Source of the DNA: Chrysomallon squamiferum
Taxonomy: Eukaryota > Animalia > Mollusca
DNA: 64,000 nt
Assembly: GCA_012295275.1 (NCBI GenBank)
Contig: CM022668.1
Span: 8,308,001 to 8,372,000 of the forward strand
Reading direction: 5' to 3'
Shown: one piece after another, positions 1-44,600 of the stretch
Numbering within the stretch: position 1 is the stretch's first letter
Layout of the letters: the number at the start of each line of letters is the position of its first letter
Made by a program: the position numbers and the translations under genes
The notes under the pieces: model-generated
Seen by the model: only the letters and a program-made list of their open reading frames with translations
The model's database searches: none
What the model was told of the DNA's origin: nothing

Positions 1-199
1 TTGAAAGAATAAAATGATAATTAAATGTAATTGCAAAAGTGATCAAAACAAAACTGTGATTAGTGATAGTGATCACATGTCAATATGAAAAAGAAAATCA
101 CATTTCATATTAGTGATTTCATTATTTGCTCTTAGAAGGCAAGAATTAGTGCTCTGTATTAAGTGGTTTAACATTCTGAAACAGTGGAACATGTGTTAA

Positions 200-460
200 A
201 ATTCAGAGTTAGTGGATTAATGTTAAAATACCTGAATCCATGGATTTATGTTAAAAATCAGATTTGATGGATTTATGTTAAAATACTGGAAACTATGGGG
301 ATGTATTAACCTTCTATATTGGTGGATTTCTGTTACAGTATCTGAATCCATGGATTTGTGTTACAGTATCTGAATCCATGGATTTGTGTTAAACTATCTT
401 AATTTACTAATTTGTACTAAAATCGGAAATTTAAAATCACCAAATCCATGTTGAAATTAA
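200..460. repeat. Degenerate ~28-bp tandem repeat with palindromic core AATCCATGGATT
   Basis: TGAATCCATGGATTTGTGTTA occurs at 343 and 371 (period 28), with diverged GGATTT(A/G)TGTTAAAA copies on either side. Confidence 0.65.
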
Positions 461-964
461 TTTAATTTAACATGATTTAAAATGTAAAAGAAATATTTTA
501 AAAAAATTATTCAGTTTATTTAAAAAGAAATTATTTTAAAAATAATCTTCTTCACTCAAAAGTGTAATCTTTTCAATTTCTTATGTTAAAGATTATTTAT
601 AAAATAAAACAAAAATAAAACTGATTCTGCTTAAAAATTTTAAATATAAGGCAAAAAAAAAAGTATGTCTTTGGTGCATAAACTATTCAGTCCATAAATT
701 TAAATAAATAATAAAAAACAAAATTAAAAAAGTAAAATGTAAATCTTTGGCAGTGAAAGGAAGGTATAAAAAGATTCCTCTATAAAACTGGCAAGAAATC
801 GTGAAATTTAACCATAAACATTTCAAAAAGTAACAAAGTAGAAAAGATATTTGAAAAAGAGAAGAAAATGTAATAAAAACAAGTAAAAAAAGAGATAAAA
901 ATTTAAAATTTAAATCTAAGTAAAATATGTTTAAAAAAAATAAAAATAAATAAATAACAAATAA

Positions 965-1027
<63 letters not shown>
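965..1027. repeat. (AAT)n microsatellite just upstream of the RhoGEF ORF
   Basis: Visible perfect trinucleotide run. Confidence 0.95.
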
Positions 1028-1032
<5 letters not shown>

Positions 1033-1057
1033 TAAAGACTTACTGTTGGACTTAACA

Positions 1058-28278
<27,221 letters not shown>

Positions 28279-30104
28279 TTTATCACTTCTCACTTGCAAT
28301 GGCTTTCATCCCACAAAAAGTCTGTAAAGATTTTGCCATTTGCTTGTGGCACATGCAGTCTTCATTCCTTAAATGGAATGTGAGTAAAGCAGTGAGTTGT
28401 GAGCAGGAATGCCTAGGAATGGAAGGAATAACATGGAGAGACATACAAACACCAGGCTAAATGTTTGCTGTAGAAGATAAACACCTAAACAAGCTGAGGT
28501 ATCCAGTAACTCAGTCTTATTGGACTTTGAACACATTAAATTATATCTAACAAAATGTTTTGTTTAGGAAAAAACACCTGGATAGACAGTCTTTTTAGGA
28601 TTTTGATAAGAGCAAAGAACATTTCTAGCTTTGGAGAACACCTGACTGACTTTGTTATGTCTAAGTTTGTTGATTTCAGTTGATAATGATGTTCACAAAT
28701 ATGATGATGATGATGATAATGATAAAAATGAATGGATTGAAAAAACTGAACAGTTCATTTTTGTTGGACTAGTACTGAATGCAAAGCTTTTATAACCTGA
28801 TGATGATGATGATGATGATGGTGACAATGAAGTTGATGAAAATGCTTTTGGATATATATAGTTTTTTTATTTTCTTTGTTGGAGAAATTAACATTCACAG
28901 CTTTTCAGTGCATAAGCTTTTTGAATGTTAAGGTAACTTATTGTGTCATAGATGAGCATTTCTTAACCCAGTCTTTCACAGCTTATTGCTTTAATCACCA
29001 CAGACTGAATTTATCATTTAAGTTTGAACATGTGTTAACATTTTATAAACAAAATTATTACTGTTCTAATAGAATAGTAGAATGTGGTTATTCGGGTTTT
29101 GAGTAAATATTCTTATTATAAATACAACACAAATGAGTTTGTTTATTCTGTTTTTTAATCAAAATAACACAACAAAATTTATTTTAGTGTTCCTCATTAA
29201 AAATACAAAACAGATTTTTGTGCATATCTATATCTGTCTATCTATCTAGCTGTCTCTCTGTCTGTCTGACTTATATACACACCTATACCTACATACAAAT
29301 AAAACAAATAAAATCATCACTTCCAGATAACAAAATGTAATAATAATAATAATCATAAATAATAAATAAATAAATAAAATAAATAAAAAGAGAAGGAAAT
29401 CATACAAAACTAAAGAGGAAAAGAATGGTTACAACCACTGATATTTTCATTATTATTTTATTGATGCTATTAATTAATTAATTAAATTTAAAATTAATTC
29501 TTTTTGGATCAAATGATTTGTTTATTATTGTATATAAGATTTTATTTATTTTCATCTTTGTAAATTAATTCTCTTTAAAATATTATTTTTAGACATATTA
29601 TGTGTTTACCCTTTTTCACCAATTTACTTTTTTCTAATATTTTTCTCATATCCTGATCTGTAAATAAAGTTTTTAAAGCATTTTAATTTTCTGTTGATTA
29701 TATTGTAATAGGCCAAAGACATTTTTTATTTATTCCTTTTATATATTTGTATATGTCTGTACATATTCATTAATTATGACGTTTTATTTTTTAATTTGTT
29801 TTATTTTTTACCAGTTATAATACTTATTCAGTATTCCTTTTCTTTCTTTCTTTGAGTAATTGTCTTTGTTTGTTTTACCTTTCTCTGTATTTGTCAATCA
29901 TTCTTATTATCCATCATTCCAGTTTTTAGTACCTCTTTATCACATTTCAAAATATACTAGTCTTTATTTAATTATGCCCAGATTTTCATTCCTTCAAAAA
30001 TACTTGTACATTTGTTTAATTAATTAATCTGATTTGTAATATACTTCTGTTTATATTCTTTTCAAATATTCTTTAATATTATTTTTATGCACATCTGTCT
30101 GTAG

Positions 30105-30452
30105 TGTCATACGTCATTAGTGTTTTAACATGACGTTTGTATTATATGACGTCAATGTTTTAATATGACATCATAACATTGCATCAGTTTTATTATAAAA
30201 TTATTTTAACATGACCCCAAATTTTAAAACAGTGTTCATAATTATGTGACGTCGCTAATAGAATATGGTGGTTGTTCTTTAAAGTATTCAGTGTTACAAT
30301 ACGTTGTTATATTATGACGATAATCTTTTAATATTACTTCTTTATTATGACGTCATGGTGATAAAGAGCATTTGTGGTATAATAAAACGTCTCCATTATG
30401 ACGTCAGGCTTGTAATAAGGCATATAACAATGTGTTATATGATGACGTTAAT
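30105..30452. promoter_or_regulatory. Dense cluster of CRE/ATF-type sites downstream of the RhoGEF
   Basis: Full TGACGTCA at 30147, 30348 and 30399. Half-sites or variants at ~30111, 30131, 30166, 30247, 30315 and 30443. Confidence 0.45.
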
Positions 30453-32011
30453 TATGTGATTATGGATGAACTTGGAATACACTAAAAAAGAGAGTTTTTA
30501 TCCGTCCAGAATTTCCTTACTGTAGCTAAATGTTTATTTATTCGTTCAGCGCTGATGCTACAAATAAAATTTTGCCTTACTTTTTCACGTGTTTTCTTGT
30601 TCTCTATTTTCATTTTATTGTCGGACATAAACGCATATATACATAAAGCTACATACATACACATATACATCGATACATATTTACATACATATACATACAA
30701 TCGTATACACCATGCTAATATTTACAAAGTTTCACGGTAAAATAAAATAAATAAATAAAATTAACTAATAACTTTTTACTTATTGCACACACACACAGTA
30801 ACCAACCCCATTCATATTTTTATATATCTTTAACATATACACACACACATATACACACACATATAAACACGTACAAATAATGAGATAGATAATCTGGTTG
30901 TTAAACACCATTCTAGATAGACTAACATAGAAATCAATCATTTATTTATTTATTTATTACCTACTTTCTCTTAATTTTTTTAAGAGTCGAATTTTTTTAA
31001 CAGAAAAAGAATATGGGTGTCATTGTCTCATCTTAAAGGAATGAAATTAAGTGAAAAGTCTGTTTTAAAGTTATATCGTTAGTAAGATTTGAAATGAAGA
31101 AAAAAATGAAGAAAACAACCATGTTTTATGAGACCTTTTTAAAATGTTAAAACATCTTGCGCAGTAAACAATGGCGAATGTTATTTTAAAAATGAATTCA
31201 GTATTATTCCAAGGTTTTCCACAAACAAAAATAATGTATCCATAATGACAGCCACAAGGTCATGACACAACTTAATACAAACATTAAAAACGCGCATGTA
31301 GCACACATGTCTAAATGTCAATAGATAAATTTGATATAAAAGAAACTGAAGAATAAATGTGACTTGTTACAAGCTCGGCTGCTGTATATAGAGACATACA
31401 CAGAAACATACACACAGAAACACAAACATACACGCACATGCACACCACGTAAAGATAAACAAGCAGACAATTTCTGTTCACAATTATCTCTCTCTCTCTC
31501 TCTCTCTCTTCATAAACAATCAAATATTTACATTTTCCCCTTCTGACGTAGTATGTAAGTAGGTCATTGTTCTTTTTGGCTCTGAAGTCACGAAATATAT
31601 TTTCTTCTTTTCATGTCTTGACATAAACCCATTCACAGCTGAATCCAGCTCGAAACTCAGTCTCGCCAAACAAACAGACACAGAGACTGAAAAGTGGGTA
31701 ACGAGATAATGAACAACAAAGGATAGGTCAACATCCCAAATGCAGCAGTAATTCAAATCGTGATTCAAGCCGACCATCTGCTCTTGGTAGTTATTTACAT
31801 TAACTTGTGAAAGTCGTTTTAATGTAGTCACGCCTGTCTGTGGGAAAGTTCCTACAAAGGATAACTGCTGCTAAATGGTAAACCTTACACATAGAATAGT
31901 GGGTTCCTCTTTTATATCATAACTAAAATAAAAAATAAATAAATATGAACAAAAAATTAATAGAATGGATGATTAAATAAATAATAATAAAAAAAATCCC
32001 AGTAACAACAA

Positions 32012-32053
<42 letters not shown>

Positions 32054-33332
32054 AACAACAAGTCAATAACATTGAAACAAACAAACAAATAAAAAAATAA
32101 ATCACTTTACACACAACACATTAAACCAGAGTACAAAGGAATTGTAAGACCAACCGGACAGCTGAACGCCTCGATACCCGTACATCTTCACAACTTCATA
32201 GCCAGCAGACCCGCACAGCTTAACACTCCGTACGAATAACACCTTCAACAGCTTAACGACTTCGTAGCAGTAAGATCTCTTACAGCTTAACGACTCCGTA
32301 ACGAAAGACCACGTAGACGTAAGATCCCCACAGCTCAACACTACACGGCTGTTACTTTCTACGGATAAAAACAAAAAATAGATACGGAGAAGCGTTTTGG
32401 ATCACTTTGTTTTTTAGTTATGTATTTGTTTGTTTGTTTGTTAATTAGTTAGTTTGTTGTTATATTTTATTTTATTTTATTTCATTTTATTATTTTAAAG
32501 CAAAATCATGGGTTAAATTATATATATATACATTTTAAATACATATTATATGTTTTACTAAATGTGCTCGAGACCTAATAATCTTAAAATGTGTTTTATA
32601 TTTTAAAACACCGGTTAATTTATTTCAGTTATTTCATCCTCAATATAGATTGCAAGAAAACCCTCCAAAAACAACAGCAGCTGCTACCACAAGTTCAAAA
32701 AATGAATAGTGGACATCTGAGTAATCACCAGAGAAGCTAGTTGGACCACGAAAACACAATAAATAAAGACATAAATAAATAAACAATTTATATATATTAA
32801 ATTTAAGTAAATAGTTTAATATTTACCACATTTTTATTTTCACTGGTTAACAATTCCACTTCGTTAGAAAACAAATTTATACACCACATGGAACAGATAT
32901 TTCAACAAATAATTAATATTTTACAAGATTATTAATTTGATTGTTTTTAATCAGAAATAAATCCTAATATCAGTGTCTGTAAATTGAGTCGTTTAACTAG
33001 AATAAAATCTTAGGACTGTTAAATTATTTCTGAAATTTAATTTATAGTACTTACAAATACACGTGTTGTATTGTCTAGCTTAAATATACTTTATTTGCAC
33101 TAACTTACACAGCTGTTTCGATTCAACATATGTTAATTTCTCTTTCTTATTTATATTCACAGACAGCAAGTCATTACTTAGAGGTAAGTGTATTAACTTA
33201 AAAAAATACATAGTATATATAAATATATAAATAAATAAATATATATATATATATATATATATAAAGTATGTGTTCATATGTAGGCATATATATATATTTA
33301 TGAACACATACTTTCATTCATGTATTTATGTA

Positions 33333-33383
<51 letters not shown>

Positions 33384-34224
33384 CACACATAAATATATAT
33401 GTGTGTGTTCGCACGTACATTTTTTACAATATACATATTTTTAAATATTTTGTTTCTAACAGTATATTTTTAATAGATTGTTTTAACATTATTCATGTTT
33501 TCAAATGCGTTGTTTTTATCAGGAACCTTAATTAATTACTTACCGATGAAATAAAGAAAGATCGAAACTAGGGTTCTGAAATAAAAAATATTAAATCTAA
33601 TAATAACAACTAGTTTAATTAAGGATTTTAAATATTAGGAGAGAAAAAATACTTGGTTTATTTGGTACATCAGGATAACAATATTAAATATTCTCATTAA
33701 ATAATACTGCGCTGGTGCACAATACAATAGGTTCATAAATAAAATATGTCATAGAAATCCTCAACACACTGATTTTATCACGAACGAATTAATAACTTAT
33801 CTGTCTATATTAGTGACTAAAAGACCCCCGGAAGCAATCATCTGTATATTCAATATGCTATAACACTTTAATTAATTTGTCATTACAATTTTAACATCAA
33901 TTAGTTTGAACATAAATATAAAATACTTGCAGAGTGCTGTGTGGCAAATATTTCTCCGGTCTGATTTATTATTTAGAGGACTAGTCAGAATTCTAACGAG
34001 AATATAAAAAGAAAGATTGAATACTGTAGGATATCGCCGAATCAGTCGAGAAATAATTTTGTATAGTGTTTAACTTTGTTATTTTTGGCAACCTGTCACC
34101 ACTCATAAACATAATAATTTAACGCTGTCATTTCACTCCTTCACAACCGACGTCATCATTTTCAGCTTAATCCATACACATATTTTACAATGTCCCTATT
34201 CTCTTCCGGTTAAATGCTTGTTAT

Positions 34225-34450
<226 letters not shown>

Positions 34451-35272
34451 AACAGAGAGACGGATAGACGGGCATCCATATAGGGAGGGTCATCCAATTA
34501 TAGAAGAAAACTTAACAAATTTGGTTGATTTATATTTAAATCGAATAAAGTGTTTATTTTATGTTTCATTTGTGTTTACGTATTCAAAATATCTTCATTT
34601 CTCATAATATTTCTCACTTACACTCGAGTGTTTGGGGCTCACAGTCGAGGAGCTGGGCCCGGGCATCACCACACCTCTGCACGCCAGTGGGACACACAGC
34701 TAGTTTATTTATGCAGTTTCTTACACAGAACGATGTATACAGGACGTTTGTTCTTCACTGAAAAGCATGTTTCAAAATATTTATACACAAATCACGAACA
34801 ACAGAAATTAATTATTATTGTTAAGTTGAATGCATTTTCCGCTTACCAGTTAGAAGCAAGTGATAAAACATACATGAACCTCACAGCTGGCACGCGCCCG
34901 CACGTGCTGCAAATGTGCTGTATAAAACATTAATCAGACGAAGGATTTATTTTAATTTTATTCTTATAATAATAAAACATAGCACAAAGCTATTTTTATG
35001 TGATGGAAGCGATTAAGACCGGGATTAGTCATCTGCTTTTTAAAAGACAGAAGGGAAGAGAGTTTCTACAAAGGTTAGATATATATCATTCTGTCTGTTT
35101 GTGGTTTTCTGTGTGACCGGTTCATTAAAAAAACAGTGTCTTATAGGAGAGCGATGCCAGTTGACATACATAATAAGGTCTGAGCAAAAAAAAAAAAAAT
35201 ATATAAAATAAAAACCACACACACAAAACAGAAGAAATAAATAAAAATTGATTAATAAATAATAATGATAAA

Positions 35273-35340
<68 letters not shown>

Positions 35341-35524
35341 AAGAGTTGATTTACATCTCAGGTCAGAAGTTTTGAATTATTTTTTAATGTTTTATGATAT
35401 TTTACTATAAATATTCTACTGTAGGTATGCCCATAATGAGAATTATACACACCCACGAACACATTCAAACACATAAATCACACTGTCACTAAACTGATGA
35501 GTGGCCATTGTCTAACGGAAAAAA

Positions 35525-35981
<457 letters not shown>

Positions 35982-35988
35982 TGGATGG

Positions 35989-36096
35989 ATGTTTGGCAGT
36001 TGTTCTAGCAGATACCGTCCATCGCATACATGTGTCTTAATTCACCTCACTATTTAACCGTCAGTGATGTTTTATTTCCACAGAATAATTATAATT
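35989..36096. repeat. Inverted third copy of the sulfotransferase 5' module
   Basis: ATGTTTGGCAGTTGTTCTAGCAGATACCGTCCATCGCATACATG...TGATGTTTTATTTCCACAGAATAATTATAATT is the reverse complement of 38358-38449 and 43739-43830, and each copy abuts a GA/CT tract. Confidence 0.88.
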
Positions 36097-36304
36097 ACAC
36101 GCGTCTGTCTAACACAAGACAGGTAACATGGTCAATTCCTGCAAGTAGTCTTCAAGAAAGTAGACGTGGTAAACAAAAAGTAACCAATAAAAAGTATGTA
36201 ACTGGCAAGAAAACGTAAGACAGTCAGTTAATTATGTTTAACATCAGCAGGCTTCGTGAAGCGTTCACATGTCTTACAAATGTCTCATTTCTTATTTCAG
36301 AACG

Positions 36305-37857
<1,553 letters not shown>

Positions 37858-37859
37858 TA

Positions 37860-37934
<75 letters not shown>

Positions 37935-37949
37935 GTCTTTCTCTCCCTC

Positions 37950-39350
<1,401 letters not shown>

Positions 39351-40094
39351 TGTATATGATGATGACCTCAAGTTCTTGGTAATATGGAATCTCCAATCAA
39401 AGACCGAATCAACTTAATCGAAATAAATAAATAGACAATACTGTAATGTACAGAAACATCACATCAGAACTGACAACTCCTGATGCAGTTTCTGCTGGTG
39501 ATAATGGCGCTTGCTGTTTCGGCACTGTAAAGAACAGCATCCTGTAAGAAGTGGACTGAATCTGTCACTTTTGGTACAAACAGATGCTAATGGTGATACA
39601 GTGAGTGGGGCAGTGCCATTTATGAATGCATACTATGGAACAATAGTCCCTGGGCAAACAGTACACATCAGCACCAAGATTATGCTGTCTGCCACATCAA
39701 CGAAGCGTTGGAAGAAAACGTGAAATGAGTGGAAAGACGAAGCAAGAAATCACTATTAGACAATCCCAGTCTTGCCCGAGATGCTGTGTTGCCGCTCAAC
39801 AAAAGCGGGTGTGAGATGATACACCTTGTCGTTCATCCAGAACAGGAATGTCAGCGTGTCTTGCATAAGGTTCTGTTCTTGTCGTGATGAAGTCAGCTGC
39901 AACACAACTGTTTTGTCATTTGTCACTCTGACTGTCAGTTGAACAAACCAGTTCCAAATCAAGCCAAGTAGATTTTAACATAGTAACATACATACGTGTT
40001 TAGAACAACTGTAGCGGCAATAAATACAATACACTTCATTAATTAATTATTTCTTATTTATCTGTTAGTTATTACCTATACCTAACATAATGAC

Positions 40095-40372
40095 GTTAAA
40101 CATTAAAGGCTTTTTAACTTAGAAATAATTTCTGCAGGTTCTGATTTACACGCTCCAATGAGGGCAGATTTTCTTTGCCATTTCATTAGTTCTGAGTCAG
40201 TGGGTTTCTCTCCGAAGTTCCTTATCACTAAATCTGTAAACAGTCTAGCATTTATGCCTTTAAGTTTCTCAATGGGTAATTTTGTATCCTGTGGCAGATA
40301 TCCGTTTATTTGAAACGTTTTCCATAACAGAGTCGCAACCAGCTGTTCATCGAGGCAGGACTTATGACAAGG
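40095..40372 (-). pseudogene. Truncated C-terminal fragment of a third Sulfotransfer_2 paralog
   Basis: CLDEQLVATLLWKTFQINGYLPQDTKLP...PAEIISKLKSL closely matches the paralog at 41800-42070. The YATDF segment is deleted, and no N-terminal part is visible. Confidence 0.85.
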
Positions 40373-40721
40373 CAACGTTATCACGTGAATTGCTCTGTCT
40401 CTTGAATAGAGTGTTTTTTAACACACTCATCCACACTGAGAACCTAGGTCAGTGAGAAAGATGTGCTAGAAATAAGTTCAGGTGTTTAGAAAGGCATCAC
40501 AAAGTAGGAGCGTTGTCACGTGTGTTTCTAGCACACTGCGCGTGGCGACATGTGCAGGTGACGTCATGTTTGAGATCTTCCAGTATCAGGGGAAAATCGT
40601 AAAATAATAACTAAATTGTAATTGTATTTGTTGTCGATCCTAAATGATAATTTTCTTTACTCATACTCAACCCCTTCCAAAAACATGTTGTCTTCTTGTT
40701 TATTCGATGTTTTTCTGATTG

Positions 40722-40756
<35 letters not shown>

Positions 40757-40864
40757 ATAATAATAATAAATAAATAAAAAGATAACTAAATAAATAAATA
40801 AGTAAACAAAATGTTTTTTTTTTTATAATTTTTATTTTAAATAAATTGTTTTTATAGGTTAGAA

Positions 40865-41190
40865 TCTATAAAAATATCAGTGGTTTCTAAGACAGTGAGA
40901 ATGTAATACCTATGTTATAAAAATATCAGGAGTTTCTAAGACAGTGAGAATGTAATACCTATGTTATAAAAATATAAGGAGTTTCTAAGACAGTGAAAAT
41001 GTAATACCTATGTTATAAAAATATAAGGAGTTTCTAAGACAGTGAGAATGTAACACCTATGTTATAAAAATATCAGTGGTTTCTAAGACAGTGAGAATGT
41101 AATAGCTATGTTATAAAAATATAAGGAGTTTTTAAGACAGTGAGAATGTAAAATCTGTGTTATAAAAATATCAGGAGTTTTTAAGACTGG
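40865..41190. repeat. 49-bp minisatellite, ~6.5 copies
   Basis: TATGTTATAAAAATATCAGGAGTTTCTAAGACAGTGAGAATGTAATACC at 40911, 40960, 41009, 41058, 41107 and 41156. Confidence 0.93.
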
Positions 41191-41600
41191 GAATCTGGAG
41201 CCTGTGTTATCACAAAGATTAGTGTCTACAGTTAAATAAATAATTATTTTGTGAGTCTATAATAGATGATAGTGAAGACCAAGCAGTTCAAAATTGTATT
41301 CATTTCTAATCAAAAATACACACGGTTTGTGTCATCAATACAAATAAATATAACACTACAATTAAAATAAATATATACTGTTTCTGTTTTCTGTATCATT
41401 AATTAATAATAAAAACTTATATAAATTAAAGTAAGTATATTTAGAGTCCGTTTCATTAATTTATTTCAGTATATGCAGTGATTTTATTTTATACATATAA
41501 ATTCTTTTCGAAAATTTTAAATACTAAAACGTAAAATATTATTTAATATATTTTCAGAATCCGAAAGTTTCATTTTAATTCATGTTATTGTTTTTAATTT

Positions 41601-43195
41601 TTAAATATTTTTCTTTGAGCTGCTGTTACTTTTGTTAGTCTTCTTCCTATTATTATCTTTATGGTTGTTATTACTGTTGATATTGTTGTTATTATTTTTC
41701 TTGTCATTTTTCTTGTTGTGAAAGTCATTATTGTCCTTGTTACTATCATTACTTTTATTAGCCTGCAACCAGGATGGATTTGGATCATAGTTAAACATTA
41801 AAAAATCTGTCGCATAAAGAGTTTTTAACTTTGAAATAATTTCTGCAGGTACTGATCTAAACGCTTCCGATAAAAAATGTTGTCTTTGTTGTTTGACTTG
41901 ATCTCTGGAGAGAGGATTTTCTCTGTATGTCTTAACAACTAAATCTGTGAACAGTCTAGCATTTATGTCTTTCAGTTTCTCGCTGGGTAATTGTGTATCC
42001 AGTGGCAGATATCCATTTATTTGAAACGTTTTCCATAACAGAGTCGCAACTAGCTGTTCATCAAGGTAGGACTTTTTTTTTCAATAACTGGAAATTATAA
42101 TCAGTTAGCATCTTCATTTCGTGTTCTACGTGTGTCTGGTGGCTGTAGTTGCTGATCAAACGAGACAGACTGACTTTTGATAAAATATATTCGACGTCTT
42201 TAGAAAATGTCTCAATGGTACCAATCACATCAGGCTTGAACTTACACGGATCACACATGTAACTGACAGGACTCCAGTGTTCGTTGAGACTGGCAGGATT
42301 CCCAGAAACGACAGTTTCCAGAAATTCTTCAAAATTTCTTTGAAAACGTCAGACTATGTCAGACCTGCCTAACACTAGGTTTTAAGCAGGTCAGCCGCAG
42401 TTTCTATTTCCTGTACGACGACGTGACTGTGGTCGTCGGGCGGCTATATAAATTGCACCAGAAGTCTGGAAGAAGAAATTTGTCTACACAGGCAGACCAA
42501 AGTCTTATATAGGGATCACGAGTGAATAAGAAACGAAGAGTGTTGGGTAAAAGTTTCTCTGCAGTCTTCATATTATAAAATTTTAACTTAGACCTTTTAC
42601 CACTGTGAGTTATTCTCCGGGGTATTTCGTTAGGGGAGTTAACTTTAACTCCTTCTGTATCTTTGTACAGGAAGCGGAAGTACATCCCGCCTTAGGCACC
42701 GCACAATAAGAAAGTTTGTAGATGTCGTGAGTGAGAATCCGTCTTGCGAAACCAGGAGGATTTGTGAGACAAACGTCTTGTAATTTCTTTTTTCGTTCAG
42801 CGTACACATCCCGGTTTTCTCTTCTCTGTGGTTTACATTGGATTTGTTTCGACTGGCTTGGTAAACCTGATAAAAATAGTGTTAGGCAGGTCTGACATAG
42901 TCTAAAGTTACTCTGTTTTCCAAGAAATAAACTTGGAAAGATGAGGTTTATCTATTGGTAAAAAAAGACACAGAGACAAAGATAGATAGATAGACTGATA
43001 GACAAAGAGAAAGATAAATATGTATGTAGATAATGATGGAGACTTCAGCTGTAAGTAAGAACGAAGCAAGGTGAGGTAAGAAAATATTCTTCAAAAGATA
43101 TTACGAGCTTTTGTGGTAAAAACATAGTTGTAGCAGCAAAGTACAAAGAGCAGACTGAACAAACACAGCCAAAGAAACTGAACTTTACCAGCCAT
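41601..43195 (-). pseudogene. Disrupted Sulfotransfer_2 (CHST11-like) paralog
   Basis: Exon 43195-43105 (91 nt, phase 1, same length as in the intact gene) encodes MAGKVQFLWLCLFSLLFVLCCYNYVFTTKA. Exon 2 starts at 42866 and contains YCAVPKAGCT, RDPYIRLWSACVDKF, HWSPVSYMCDPC and YATDFLMFNYDPNPSW. Lesions: a 16-nt frameshifting deletion at ~42681 (removes FWINI), ~120 bp of non-homologous sequence with stops at ~42335-42456, and a frameshift at the T/A run near 42075. Confidence 0.88.
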
Positions 43196-43339
43196 TACCC
43201 TAAAAAACACATCAGAGAGAAACTCCTATTTCTTAACAGAAAAGCTTAATTACATATACATTTATATCCAAATCTATTGAAACGTTTTCTAATCAAACTG
43301 TTAATACGTTTGAATGAAAAAATAAACACCCAAACCTTC

Positions 43340-44600
<1,261 letters not shown>

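Noticed and set aside
40865-41190. CRISPR array
   Set aside because: Head-to-tail 49-bp units with no unique spacers, eukaryotic context and no cas genes. The repeats at 32155-32350 are rejected as CRISPR for their degeneracy and the same context.
42058-42063. TGA TGA as selenocysteine or readthrough in the sulfotransferase paralog
   Set aside because: Homology continues in a different frame (LDEQLVATLLW), so this is a frameshift, and the gene has other lesions.
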